NCBI RefSeq assembly: GCF_001194135.2
Contig: NC_068981.1
Location: forward strand, 134,185,609-134,242,775
DNA from: Octopus bimaculoides
Taxonomy: Eukaryota
Length of the DNA stretch: 57,167 nt
Direction: 5' to 3'
Both the position numbers and the translations under genes were made by a program. The notes below the pieces were generated by a model that had not been told where the DNA came from, searched no databases, and saw only the letters and a list, made by a program, of their open reading frames with translations. How positions within the stretch are numbered: the first letter of the stretch is position 1; each line of letters begins with the position of its first letter. Below, one piece after another: positions 1-11,348 of the stretch.

Positions 1-68
<68 letters not shown>
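1..68. repeat. (TA)n microsatellite, representative of dozens of (TA)n/(CA)n/(TATG)n tracts
   Basis: Direct reading. Other examples: 10860-10900, 11126-11184, 14095-14170 (CT then TA), 19327-19395, 36666-36711, 39311-39367, 57127-57167. Confidence 0.98.
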
Positions 69-72
<4 letters not shown>

Positions 73-281
73 TATATTTATTTATATAAGGGCATTATTA
101 TAGATGAATGCCTCACGCTAAGAGGGACTCTATAGTCAAACTACTATAATAAATACATTTTTACTGAACACAAGGGAATGTAACTCTCAAAGCTAGCTCC
201 CTAAAAGCAGACTAAACGGTAGATCATGATTTCGTAATTCTTGCAGTATTATGCAACCTTTAATCATCATTACACGTATGG

Positions 282-700
282 TCAAGACACATAAAAATAA
301 ACAAAAAAAATGAACATTCCCTTATGAGGTTTTTTCACGCTAACTACTTGATAAATTCTTATAAAGACTTTATCGTATTCTTGAATTATATGCATATAAT
401 CCCAAATTTTATTTAATTTGCTTTGCGGGAAGGACTGTTTCAACGAAGTCGCGTTTTTGTCCTTGCTTTCGAAACGCGGAGTAGATGAAACAGGGACAAC
501 TGACGAAGGAGTATACTCTTTATGTTGCATGTCTCGTTTATATATGTCATAGTCATGGTTTATATATGTCGTTATTCGAAAAAGTTCGTTTTCTATGTTT
601 TCGTTTCTCATTGTGTTTAACATTTTTTTGATGTCCTGTACCCATACATGCATGTTTGTATACATATAGATGTAGGTATGTACATATATGTATGGATATA
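282..700 (+). repeat. Interspersed repeat, homologous to 2690-2860 (-)
   Basis: Shared GAAACGC..(28-29 nt)..CTGA(C/T)GAAGG and GTCCTGTA.CCA..TAGATGTAGGTATGTACATA motifs. Confidence 0.6.
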
Positions 701-735
701 TGCATATATTTATATATTATTTATATTATTATTAT

Positions 736-783
<48 letters not shown>

Positions 784-1901
784 GATCTGTCAAGATTGGC
801 TATGTGTCTGCACCTTTGTACTTAGGCTTAGACAAAGTTTATATTTGTATGGAAGACTGGTAGTTGCCCCATGTATGCAAGTTACCCCTTATCATGCCAC
901 TGATGTTGTCCAAAGGAGAGGACACTGCTGTGGAGCCTATACAGCTTGGCACCAATACCATCACAGGCATTGCTGACAGAACGCAAAGGGCTGGAAAAGA
1001 TATGCCCACAAGGTATTAGTTGGCTTAGGGCTATGGTAGAAGATACTTACTCAAGGTGCTGTGCTGTAGAACTGAACTCAAAACCATATGGTTACAAAGT
1101 GACTTTCTTAACCACACATCCATCCTTGAGTTGGTTCCTTTTTAATTGACCCTGTCCCCTGAAAATATGGAAGGCTACATTAACTTCAGGGCCTTGATGG
1201 GATTTGAACACAGAGTGGAGAGAGTTGGAACAAATACTGCAAAACATTCTATCTAATGGTCCAATGACTCTGACCAGGGCCTCCAAGTGAAATTTTGCAG
1301 GACTAAAGTCTCCTTTTGGGCTCATTGGTGGAGAGGGAGTTCTCTCAATGTTTAAAGATGCTGTGAGTTCATGTTTTTTAGAAGGAGCCTGTCAGATATG
1401 CATGGGCCTGAGTCCATTGTATCAGTTGAACCCAAACTTCTTAAAAGCTCTGTCTCTCCCAGTTTGCTGTCTTTAATAAAGCTACCTTAACTATAAATAT
1501 TTTCATGCCAATTAAAAAAAAAAAAAAATGAAGGTTTCAGATTTGAAATTGTATTCTAAATTCCTTTGATGTTGTTCTTATCTGTGCATCACTATTTAGG
1601 TAAAATAAATATGAGAACTATGTTATAATCTGCAGTTAAAGATTTGATAAAATTTGTGTGGGTAAAATGTCAGTCTCTTGTGTTATTCTTCAATCTTCCA
1701 ACTTAGCTCTCAAAGGTAGTAAACACCAGCTCTACTACGCATGAAAGTAAAGCAAATAACTAAGAATAAACAAAAAAAAAAGCAACTTAGTGATGGAACA
1801 ACAGACTAATTAGACAATTAATTTAGTGTTCTACAGTGCCAAAATTGAACGTTATCACGTTATCAGCAAAGTATATATATATATATATACACACGCACAT
1901 G

Positions 1902-1939
<38 letters not shown>

Positions 1940-4900
1940 CTGTAATCTTAAATTCTTGGCTGCTCGTACTGTTTATTATGCTAGTTCCAGTGCTTGTGGA
2001 ACATTGAAATGTTGTTGTTAGATTACTTGATATGCTGTTTACATATTTTATACACCTGTTGTTTGTATTAGCAGTAATGTATTAAGTTTGTATTAATTTC
2101 CTGTAGACTTAAGCGTGACCACTTTTTTTAATGATCTTCATCTTTTTTTATCAGTTCCTACCTCTATTTAATAATGCCTTAGCTTTCCGGAGCCAACAAA
2201 GAAGCCACTATGTGATTGGCTGGTCACCTTGCTAGAAATAGCAACAAAATCTGTAAAAAAAACATTATATTGAATACAGTGTGGTGTCAGAAATACAGGA
2301 TGATCATATTTAGAATGGCATGTGGTTAATCATAGGTCTTTTTGATTAGAAGCGACCTAGGATTAAACAACATTTATGTAAATTCATCAAGCCAAAGTGG
2401 GACCCTTTACATGGTTGCTTTTCCTGCTAGAAACAGCAGCTAAATCTCCTTGTCACACTCTACCATTTTAAATAAGGAAGGTGCAGACATGGCTGTGTGG
2501 TAAGAAATTTGCTTCTCAACCACATGGTTCTGGGTTCAGTGCCAATGTGTGGCACCTTGGGCAAGTGTCTCCTACTATAGCCCCAGGTCAACCTTGTGAG
2601 TGGATATGGTAGACTGAAACTGAAAGAAGCCCATCATATATATATATATATATAATACAAATATTAAATGAGTATATGCATATATACGTACATGTATGTA
2701 CATACCTACATCTACATGTATATATAGATGCATATCTGGATACAGGACGTTGCAAAAAAACGTGGACAAAATGATAAAGAGAGTACAGAAAACACACAGG
2801 CCACATAGAGAACATTTCCTTCATCAGCTGCCACCATTCTAAAACTAAGCGTTTTGAAGAGTTCATCATCATCACCATCTACTTTCCATGCTGCCATGGA
2901 CTGGACAATTTGAGTTGGCCAGGCATGAGCCGACACCAGACTTCTGTGTCTGTTTTGGCAGGGATTTTATGGCTGGATGCCCTTCCTAACACCAGCCACT
3001 CAAAAGAGTGGACTATATATGTATATATATATATATATATATATTTATGATAGGCTTCTCAGTTTCGGCCTACCAAAAAATATCTGTGTATGTGTGTCGT
3101 TTCCACATTGTGTGTTAGTTGTAAATAGTTGTAAATGAGTGTCACTGTCATACAAGTAATACCATTCATTTCTAATATGGGGAAATATTATCTTACTTGG
3201 CAACAGGTGACTGTTGGCAGCAGGAAGGCCATCTGTCTGTAGATGATCTGTCTCAAAAATAATCTTTGTCTGAAATACACAAGCATGGAAAAGCAGATGT
3301 TAAAATGATGATGGTGAGGATGAGGATACACAAGTCAATGAAGTTCCTGAGAGACAAAAAGATAGATGATAGATGATCACAGCTAGAATGTCTTTAATCA
3401 CAGGTCTACTTTATGAAGATTGATCAGGACTAAACAACAACAGTAAATTTATATTTCTCGACTTTTGTTCTATGTTCAGCCATTTTTACAGATTAACATT
3501 TAGTTCAACCACAATAGTGCATTGATTTCTTTTCAAGATTCTAAAATTCCTGTTGGTATTGCTTTTAGATAATATTTCATATTATAAAGACAGGTGAGTT
3601 AGTAACAAATATTTGAGCTTTGGAAAGATACGTCACCACTGGTGACAGCTCATTAATCTGAATTCAAAGCTCACTATAATTTTTTGTTTCAAATGTTGGT
3701 TCATGGTCAGCAATTTTGACTGGTTCTTTATTTTATTGGCCCTAGATGGGTGATAAGCAAAGTTAACCTTGGTGGGATTTGAATTCAAAACAAAACATTT
3801 TGTCCTAGGCTCTAATGATTTTTGCCAATCCACTGTTCTAAAAAGAATAAAAAGCTCACTTTAACGAGTCAATTATCATAATTCTTGCAAATTTTGGCCC
3901 AAGACCATCAGTTTTAAGGAAGAGGATAAGTTGATTACATCGACCCCAGTAAATGTCTGGTACTTTATTTTATCAACCACAAAAGGACAAAAAGCAAAGT
4001 TGACCTTGGTGGGATTTGAGCTCAGAATGTAAAGATCCAAGAGAAAAACCACCCAACATTTCATCCAGCATGCTAATGATTCTCCTAGCTTACTGCATTA
4101 ATGAGTCCAATATAATAAGCTGCAGTATAATTAAAGTGAGTGTATCTTTATTTCTGACGAAATGAATCTTGTTACTAGGCAGAATAAATCTTTATTTTTA
4201 AGTTGTATATTCGTCCATAGGTGATGAATATAGCAGTTGATATAATGGCCTGATTGTTGTTATGTGTATAATGGATTGATACATTGATTCTCATCTGCAA
4301 TTCTTTATCAATTGTATGTATGTGTGTTAGACCAACACTACATTCTTTTTTTTTCTTTCTTTTTTCTTTGTAATGATGGTTTGAGGAAAATGATTAAATA
4401 TCAATAATAAATGATTAAATATTGTTTTAATCTTCATTTTCCATGATGGCATGGATCAAAAGAAAAAGTCTGCACACAGCATCTTTATCTTTTATTGTTT
4501 ATATGTTTCAGTCATTGTTTCGTGGCAATGCTGGGACACTGCCTCAAATGGTTTAGTCAAACCATTGGTTTAGTCAAATGGTTTAGTCAAACAAATCGAT
4601 CCCAGTACTTATTTTCAAAGTTTGGTACTTATTCTATTGGTCTCTTTTACTGAACTACTATGTTACAGGGATGTAAACACCACCACCAACAACAACAACC
4701 ACAGTTACCTTATATTTAGTATCCTTTTTCTGTGATCAGCCATTTTTATAGATTAACATTTTGTTCAAAGACAGTACTGCATTAATTTCTTTGCAAGATT
4801 TTAAAAATCCTGTTGGTATCATTTTTAGATATTATTTTATATTATGTGCCGCCTGACTAGCCCTCGTGCCGGTAGCACATAAAAAGCACCTACTACACTC

Positions 4901-5173
4901 TCGAAGTGGTTGGCATTAGGAAGGGCATCCAGCTGTAGAAACTTTGCCAGATCAGATTGGAGCCTGGTACAGCCTTCTGGCTTGCCAGTCCTCAGTCAAA
5001 CCGTCCAAACAATGCTAGCATGGAAAGCGGACATTAAATGACGACGACGATGATGAAGTGGGTTGGTAGCAAATATTTGAGTTTTGGAAAGATACATCAT
5101 CACTGGTGTAATTATCAAGTGGTGGTGGTAGTGGTGGGAAACAAATACCATAACATACGCATCTATATCTTTC

Positions 5174-5563
5174 ATGGCTGTGTGGTAACAAGCTTGCTTC
5201 CCAACCACAGGGTTCAGTCCCCCTGTAGCACCTTGGGCAAGTATATTCTACTATCGCCTTGGACCAACCAAAGCCATGTGAGTGGATTTGGAAACTGAAA
5301 GAAGTCCATCTCCATAGATATATATCTATGTGTATGTGAATTTGTGTCTGTGTTTGTCCCCCACTACTGCTTGACAACCGGTGTTGGTGTGTTTACATCC
5401 CTGTAACTTAGTAGTCTGGCAAAAAAAGACCAATAGAATAAGCACCAGGCTTAACAAAAAGTAAGTACTGGGGACAATTCATTTGACTAAAAATTCTTCA
5501 AAGTAGTACCCCATCATGGCCACAGTCAAATCATTGTAAGAAGGAAAAGATAAAAGGTAAAAG
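5174..5563 (+). mobile_element. tRNA-derived SINE, same family
   Basis: Colinear with the 41.8-kb copy. Confidence 0.8.
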
Positions 5564-5892
5564 ATATATTTACAACAGACTTCTGCCAAATTTACTTACA
5601 AGGCTCATGTCAGCCTTGCACTAGATGCCATGCTGTAGGACTGAACCTGAAATTACATGGTTGCAAAGTGAGTTTCTTAACCATATAGCCATGATTGTGC
5701 CTTTCATTTACCACTGCATCATTTGAAAATGTTGTAGCTGATCAAGCTTATTCCATCTTTTCCAGTGGGTGGATTTGAAATCAGAACTACAACTTAATGA
5801 TACATTTGTCAGTTATGTATTACTGTCACAATTTGATATGATAATTGTATGTTCTTATGACACCTATTTTACATTAATATACAAAAGCACCT

Positions 5893-6262
5893 TTCAAGCA
5901 TTGGACCTCACGGAAGCAAAGTGGTTGATGCTGGTAGCATGAGAAAAGCTTCTTTCAAGTGTTGAGCCTCACAGAAGCAATGATGAATGACCGAGACCTT
6001 TGGCATTATGTTGTGCTTGAGAAGAAAACCCATAAAGCCAAGTAAAATTGCAGTCGTAGCAGATACTGGTGTCATGCAAATGGCACCCATGCCAGTGGCA
6101 TGTATAAGCACCCCTTACACTCTCAGAGTGGTTGGTGTTAGAAGGGGCATCCAACCATAGAAAATGTGCCAAATCAGACTGGAATTTGGTGCAGCCTTCC
6201 AGCTTGCCAGCCCTGATCAAACCGTCTAACCTATGTCAGTATGGACAACGGATGATGATGAC
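5893..6262 (+). mobile_element. RTE LINE 3' end
   Basis: AMMNDRDLWHYVVLEKKTHKAK* ORF end, then the shared 3' UTR and GATGATGATG tail. Related 3' ends at 4846-5056, 13056-13472, 31670-31845, 52575-52830, 55255-55440 (+) and 2870-3005, 44466-44800 (-). Confidence 0.75.
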
Positions 6263-6606
6263 TTGAAACAGTCTTAGATTAAAATACCAGTGTTTATACA
6301 CATTTATAATGTGTATACAAGCATGGAACAGCACTAGCTGTAATATTTTCTCTTAGAGAAATTTCTGTAAGAAAAACAGGGCTTCACTCAGAACACCAGT
6401 AGATCATTAGATACAGTGTTTTGATTTGATTTTGTCTCCTCAAAGACTAATATCCCAGATGCTCCGAGCTAAAGAGAAAATACTTATTCTTGTACAGAAA
6501 TCAGTAATCATACTGTTTAGTGATTTGTATGAAAGTTAGCCAGGATACAATTATATTAATATATGCACTTGTAACAACCTTAGATTAAAATAGCAATATG
6601 TATATA

Positions 6607-7012
6607 GGCACAGACATGGCCGTGTGGTAAGAAGCTAGCTTCTCAACCACATGGTTCCAGGTTCAGTCCCACTGCATGGCACCCTGGACAAATGTCTTCT
6701 ATTATAGCCTTGGGATGACCAAAGTCTTGTGAGTGAATTTGGTTGATGGAAACTGAAAGAAGCCTGTCGTATATATGTATATATATGTGTGTGTGTGTTT
6801 TATCCCTCAGCCATTGCTTGACAACTGATGCTGGTGTGTTTATGTTTCTATAACTTAGTGGTTTGGCAAAAGAGACCGATAGAATTAGTAAAAGGCTTAC
6901 AAAGAATAAGTCCTGGGGTCGAATTTTTTACTATAACCCTTTAAGGCAGTGCTCCAGCATGGCCACAGTCAAATAACTGAAACAAGTAAGAAAATAAAAG
7001 AAAAGTGAAAGA
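6607..7012 (+). mobile_element. tRNA-derived SINE, same family as 41796-42216
   Basis: Colinear with the 41.8-kb copy from head (GGCACAGACATGGCCGTGTGGTAAG) to tail (GACTGAAACAAGTAA-like). Confidence 0.85.
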
Positions 7013-7069
7013 ATATGCATCTAGAATGTGTATACAAATGTGGAATGGAACTAGCTGTAATAGTTCATC

Positions 7070-7216
7070 ATCATTATAATCGTAATCATTTAATGCCCAT
7101 TTTCTGTGCTGGCATGGGTTGGACAGTTTGACTGGAGTTGGCAAACTGTAGGACTGCACCAGGCTCTAGCTGTGTATTTTGGCATGGTTTCTATGACTGA
7201 ATACTCTTTTACATGG
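7070..7216 (-). mobile_element. Short RTE 3'-end insertion with a 17-bp target-site duplication
   Basis: AGCTGTAATAGTTCATC at 7053-7069 and 7217-7233 flanks an inverted RTE tail (CATCATT..CATTTAATGCCCATTTTCTGTGCTGGCATGGGTTGGACAG). Confidence 0.85.
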
Positions 7217-7559
7217 TGCCAGCACGAGCTGTAATAGTTCATCTCAAAGAAACTTCTCCAAAAGACCTGCTTGTTAAATAGGGGATTCACTCAGAATTCT
7301 TGTGGTTCACCAGAATGCTTGTGTTTTGACTTGGTTTGACCTCCTCAGTGATGAATACTCTGTACATTCTTAGCCAAGCAAAAAGTACTTGGCCTTATAG
7401 AGAAATTAGATAACTAAGCATTTACTGATTTCTGTGAAGGCTAGTCAGGCGAGAATTAAATTAACATACACACTAGAAGCAGCCTCAGATTAAAATACTG
7501 CTGCATATACACACTTATAATGTGTATGCAAATGTGGAACAGCACTAGCTACCCCCCCC

Positions 7560-8548
7560 NNNNNNNNNNNNNNNNNNNNNNNNNNNNNNNNNNNNNNNNN
7601 NNNNNNNNNNNNNNNNNNNNNNNNNNNNNNNNNNNNNNNNNNNNNNNNNNNNNNNNNNNNNNNNNNNNNNNNNNNNNNNNNNNNNNNNNNNNNNNNNNNN
7701 NNNNNNNNNNNNNNNNNNNNNNNNNNNNNNNNNNNNNNNNNNNNNNNNNNNNNNNNNNNNNNNNNNNNNNNNNNNNNNNNNNNNNNNNNNNNNNNNNNNN
7801 NNNNNNNNNNNNNNNNNNNNNNNNNNNNNNNNNNNNNNNNNNNNNNNNNNNNNNNNNNNNNNNNNNNNNNNNNNNNNNNNNNNNNNNNNNNNNNNNNNNN
7901 NNNNNNNNNNNNNNNNNNNNNNNNNNNNNNNNNNNNNNNNNNNNNNNNNNNNNNNNNNNNNNNNNNNNNNNNNNNNNNNNNNNNNNNNNNNNNNNNNNNN
8001 NNNNNNNNNNNNNNNNNNNNNNNNNNNNNNNNNNNNNNNNNNNNNNNNNNNNNNNNNNNNNNNNNNNNNNNNNNNNNNNNNNNNNNNNNNNNNNNNNNNN
8101 NNNNNNNNNNNNNNNNNNNNNNNNNNNNNNNNNNNNNNNNNNNNNNNNNNNNNNNNNNNNNNNNNNNNNNNNNNNNNNNNNNNNNNNNNNNNNNNNNNNN
8201 NNNNNNNNNNNNNNNNNNNNNNNNNNNNNNNNNNNNNNNNNNNNNNNNNNNNNNNNNNNNNNNNNNNNNNNNNNNNNNNNNNNNNNNNNNNNNNNNNNNN
8301 NNNNNNNNNNNNNNNNNNNNNNNNNNNNNNNNNNNNNNNNNNNNNNNNNNNNNNNNNNNNNNNNNNNNNNNNNNNNNNNNNNNNNNNNNNNNNNNNNNNN
8401 NNNNNNNNNNNNNNNNNNNNNNNNNNNNNNNNNNNNNNNNNNNNNNNNNNNNNNNNNNNNNNNNNNNNNNNNNNNNNNNNNNNNNNNNNNNNNNNNNNNN
8501 NNNNNNNNNNNNNNNNNNNNNNNNNNNNNNNNNNNNNNNNNNNNNNNN
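7560..8548. other. Assembly gap (N run); further gaps near 12604-13055, 23452-23609, 24961-25143, 34403-34513, 48630-48690, 53869-54099, 55720-56275
   Basis: Runs of n, mostly next to simple repeats. Confidence 0.99.
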
Positions 8549-8549
8549 A

Positions 8550-9070
8550 TCACTACCACCACCACTGCAGCCACCACCATCACCACCACCACTACCACCA
8601 CCACTACCGCCGCTGCCGCCACTACCACCACCACCACCACCACCACCACCACCAAATCACATTTTGGCTGTATACTGATTTTATGACAGTGTTTTAACTT
8701 GTATTGCTGCTGATGGCAATAATCCTGATGCTGCTGTCCACGTAGCAATAGTAATGTTGATGACAGAAACACTGCTGATGATAATTGCAGTATTGCTGTT
8801 GGTCAGAGTAATAGCAATATGGTTGCTGCTGCCAATGATGATGATGATGACAGTAATGGCTCTGCAGCAACAGCTGCTGCTGATGGTGACAATAATAGTA
8901 GTGATGCTCTGATGACAAATAATAGCAATGCAGCTGTAACTGATGACAGTAATAATACTGCTGCTGCTGAAGATGATGACAATAATAGTGATACTAATAC
9001 TGTTACTACAGGTGTTAGTAATAGCAATGCATCTGATATATCTGCTGCTACTGTTGCTGATGCGACAATA
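8550..9070. repeat. Compound degenerate trinucleotide repeats ((CAC/TAC)n, then (GAT/AAT/GCT)n)
   Basis: Direct reading of the sequence. It explains the overlapping low-complexity ORFs on both strands. Confidence 0.85.
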
Positions 9071-9109
9071 AAAATGAAAACTCACTTGTTTTTAAGTTGC
9101 TATATATTG

Positions 9110-10680
9110 CTGATCGAGATAGATTTTAGTGGTAGAATCTTACTTTTTAGTAGATAGTTTTAGTGGTAGAGTGTTGCTGAATAGTAAATGGCTTAGTGGT
9201 AAATAGTTTAGTGGTAGAGTCTCATTTAGTGATAGAATCTTAATGATTGATAGAGTATTGCTCAGTAGTAGATAGTTTGGTGGTAGAGTCTTGCCATGTA
9301 GCAGATAGTTAAGTGATATAGTCATGCTTAGTGGTAGTCTTGATTAGTGGTAGATAATTTAGTAGCAAGGTCTTACTCCATGGTAGAGTCTCATTTAGTG
9401 GTAGAATCTTATTGATTGGTAGAATATTGCTTAGTAGTTGAAAGTTTAGTGGTGGAGTCTTGCCATATAGCATATAGTGATATAGTCATGATTAGTAGTA
9501 GATAATTTAGTAGCAGGATATTACTTCAGGGTAGATAGTTTAATGGTAGACTCTCATTTAGTGGTAGAATGTTATTGATTGGTAGAATATTGCATAGTAG
9601 TAGAAAGTTTAGTTGCAGAGTCTTGCCATATAGCAGATAGTTTAGTGAAATAGTCATGCTTAGTGGTAGATAATTTAGTAGCAGGATTTTACTCCATGGT
9701 AGAGTCTCATTTAGTGGTAGAATCTTATTGATTGGTAGAATATTGCTCAGGTGCAGATAGTTTAGTGGTAGTCTTGTTATATAAACAGTTAAATGATATA
9801 GTCATGCTTAGTGGTAGTCTAGATTAGTGGTAGACTCTTTCTTAGTGTAGATAGTTTAGTGGTATAGTCTTGTTTAATGATAGACTTGACTAGTAGTAGT
9901 TTAGTCTTGGTTAGTGGTAGAATCTTGCCTAGTATTAGACAGTTTAGTGGTAATGGCTTAGTGGTTAGAGCATCGGGCTCACAAATCATGGAGGTAGTGA
10001 GTTTAATTCTCAGACCAGGCTGTGTGTTGTGTTCGTCAGCAAGACACTTTATTTCATGTTGCTCCAGTTCACTCAGCTGTAGAAATGAGTTGCGATGTCA
10101 CTGGTGCCAAGCTGTATCAGCCTTTGCCTTTCCCTTGGATAACATCTGTGGCATGGAGAGGGAAGGCTAGTATGCATGGGTGACTGCTGGTCTTTTACAA
10201 ACAACCTTGCCCAGATTCATACCTCGGAGGGGAACTTTCTAGGTGCAATCCCATGGTCATTCATGACCAAAGGTGGGAGTCATTACTCTTTTAGTGGTAG
10301 AATCTGGCATAGTGGTATACTTTCATTTAATGGAAGTCTTGAGTTTTGCTTAGTGGTATAGTTTTATTTTGAGGTAGTTTTGCTTAATAGTAGATAATTT
10401 AGTGGTAGAATCCTACTGAGTGGTAGATAATTTAGTGAAATAGTGCTACCTGGTGAGAGATAATTTTGTACTATCGTCTTGCCTAATGGCAGAAAGGTCA
10501 GTGGTAGATAGATGGAAGGTATAGTTTTGTTTAGTGGTAGAATCTTTATTAGTGGTAGACAGTTTGATAGTAGAGTCTTACTCAGTAGTTGATTGTTTAG
10601 TGGTGGAACCAACCTTCCTTAGTAGTAGATAATTTCATGCTATGCTGTTGTCTAGTGGTAGATAATTTAGTGAGAAAAAC
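9110..10680. repeat. Degenerate AGTGGTAG minisatellite with higher-order organisation
   Basis: 15- and 18-nt base units (TAGTGGTAGATAGTT, TAGTGGTAGAGTCTTGCT). GA(G/C)TCTCATTTAGT recurs at 9217, 9386, 9549 and 9702 (spacing 169, 163, 153). Interrupted by a SINE at 9953-10285. Confidence 0.85.
9953..10285 (+). mobile_element. Meta-domain-like SINE inserted into the minisatellite
   Basis: Colinear with 50190-50520 and flanked on both sides by AGTGGTAG minisatellite units. Confidence 0.8.
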
Positions 10681-10850
10681 TTACTTTTGCCTAAGAGGCT
10701 TCAAGTATTTCACCTTATCTTTAAGAGACCACACAATTTAACACTTTAACTTGAGGAAACAATTAGGATGTTAATAATGTGTGTGTGTTTGTAGGTGTAT
10801 ATATGTGCATGTATATGAGTGTTGTGTATGTTTGTGTGTGTGTATGTATA

Positions 10851-10909
<59 letters not shown>

Positions 10910-10914
10910 AATTC

Positions 10915-11115
10915 TTTTTCTTTTATTTTATTCCTTTCAGTCATTTGACTGTGGCCATGCTGGAGCACCGCCTTTAATCAAGCAAATCGACCCCAGGACT
11001 TATTCTTTGTAAGCCTAGTACTTATTCTATCGGTCACTTTGGCTGAACCACCAGGTTATGGGAAAGTAAACACACCAACATTGGTTGTCAAGAGATGGTG
11101 GGGGGACAAACACAA

Positions 11116-11187
<72 letters not shown>

Positions 11188-11348
11188 CAGGCTTCTTTCA
11201 GTTTCTGTCTACCAAATCCACTCACAAGGCTTTGGTTGGCCCGAGACTATAGCAGAGGACACTTGCCCAAGGTACCATGCAGTGGGACTGAACCCGGAAC
11301 CATGTGGTTGGCAAGCAAGATTCTTACCACACAGCCATGTCTGTGCCT
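10915..11348 (-). mobile_element. tRNA-derived SINE, same family, with an expanded internal (TA)n
   Basis: Reverse complement of the family head (11348) to tail (about 10915). Confidence 0.85.

Larger units (their letters stand above)
6273..7555 (-). repeat. Old ~306-bp tandem repeat (2 units plus start of a third) with decayed hammerhead cores, interrupted by a SINE and an RTE fragment
   Basis: CT(T/C)AGATTAAAATA unit starts at 6273, 6579 and 7484. Minus-strand relics read CTGAGGA-GGTC..GTC-AAAAC (7348-7323) and TTGAGGA-GAC..ATC-AAAAC (around 6443-6418). Confidence 0.55.

Noticed and set aside
282-665. 127-aa minus-strand ORF
   Set aside because: Lies in an interspersed repeat homologous to 2690-2860 and has no recognisable protein motif.
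1301-1362. Apparent exon (TTTGCAG..GTGAGT) encoding LKSPFGLIGGEGVLSMFKDA
   Set aside because: The surrounding GLQVKFCRTKV resembles the RTE RT motif GL.V...KTK, so a decayed LINE is the simpler explanation.
7520-8772. Long ORFs of 388-407 aa (and similar ones at 12.3-13.5, 23.3-23.7, 24.8-25.3, 53.8-54.1, 55.6-56.3 kb)
   Set aside because: They are open only because they run through N gaps.
8681-9157. Asp/Asn/Ala/Ser-rich ORFs on both strands
   Set aside because: Produced by degenerate trinucleotide repeats. Several frames are open at once and there are no splice signals or recognisable domain.
9110-10680. Regularly spaced repeats considered as a CRISPR-like array
   Set aside because: Units are contiguous and degenerate with no unique spacers, there are no cas genes, and the context is eukaryotic.
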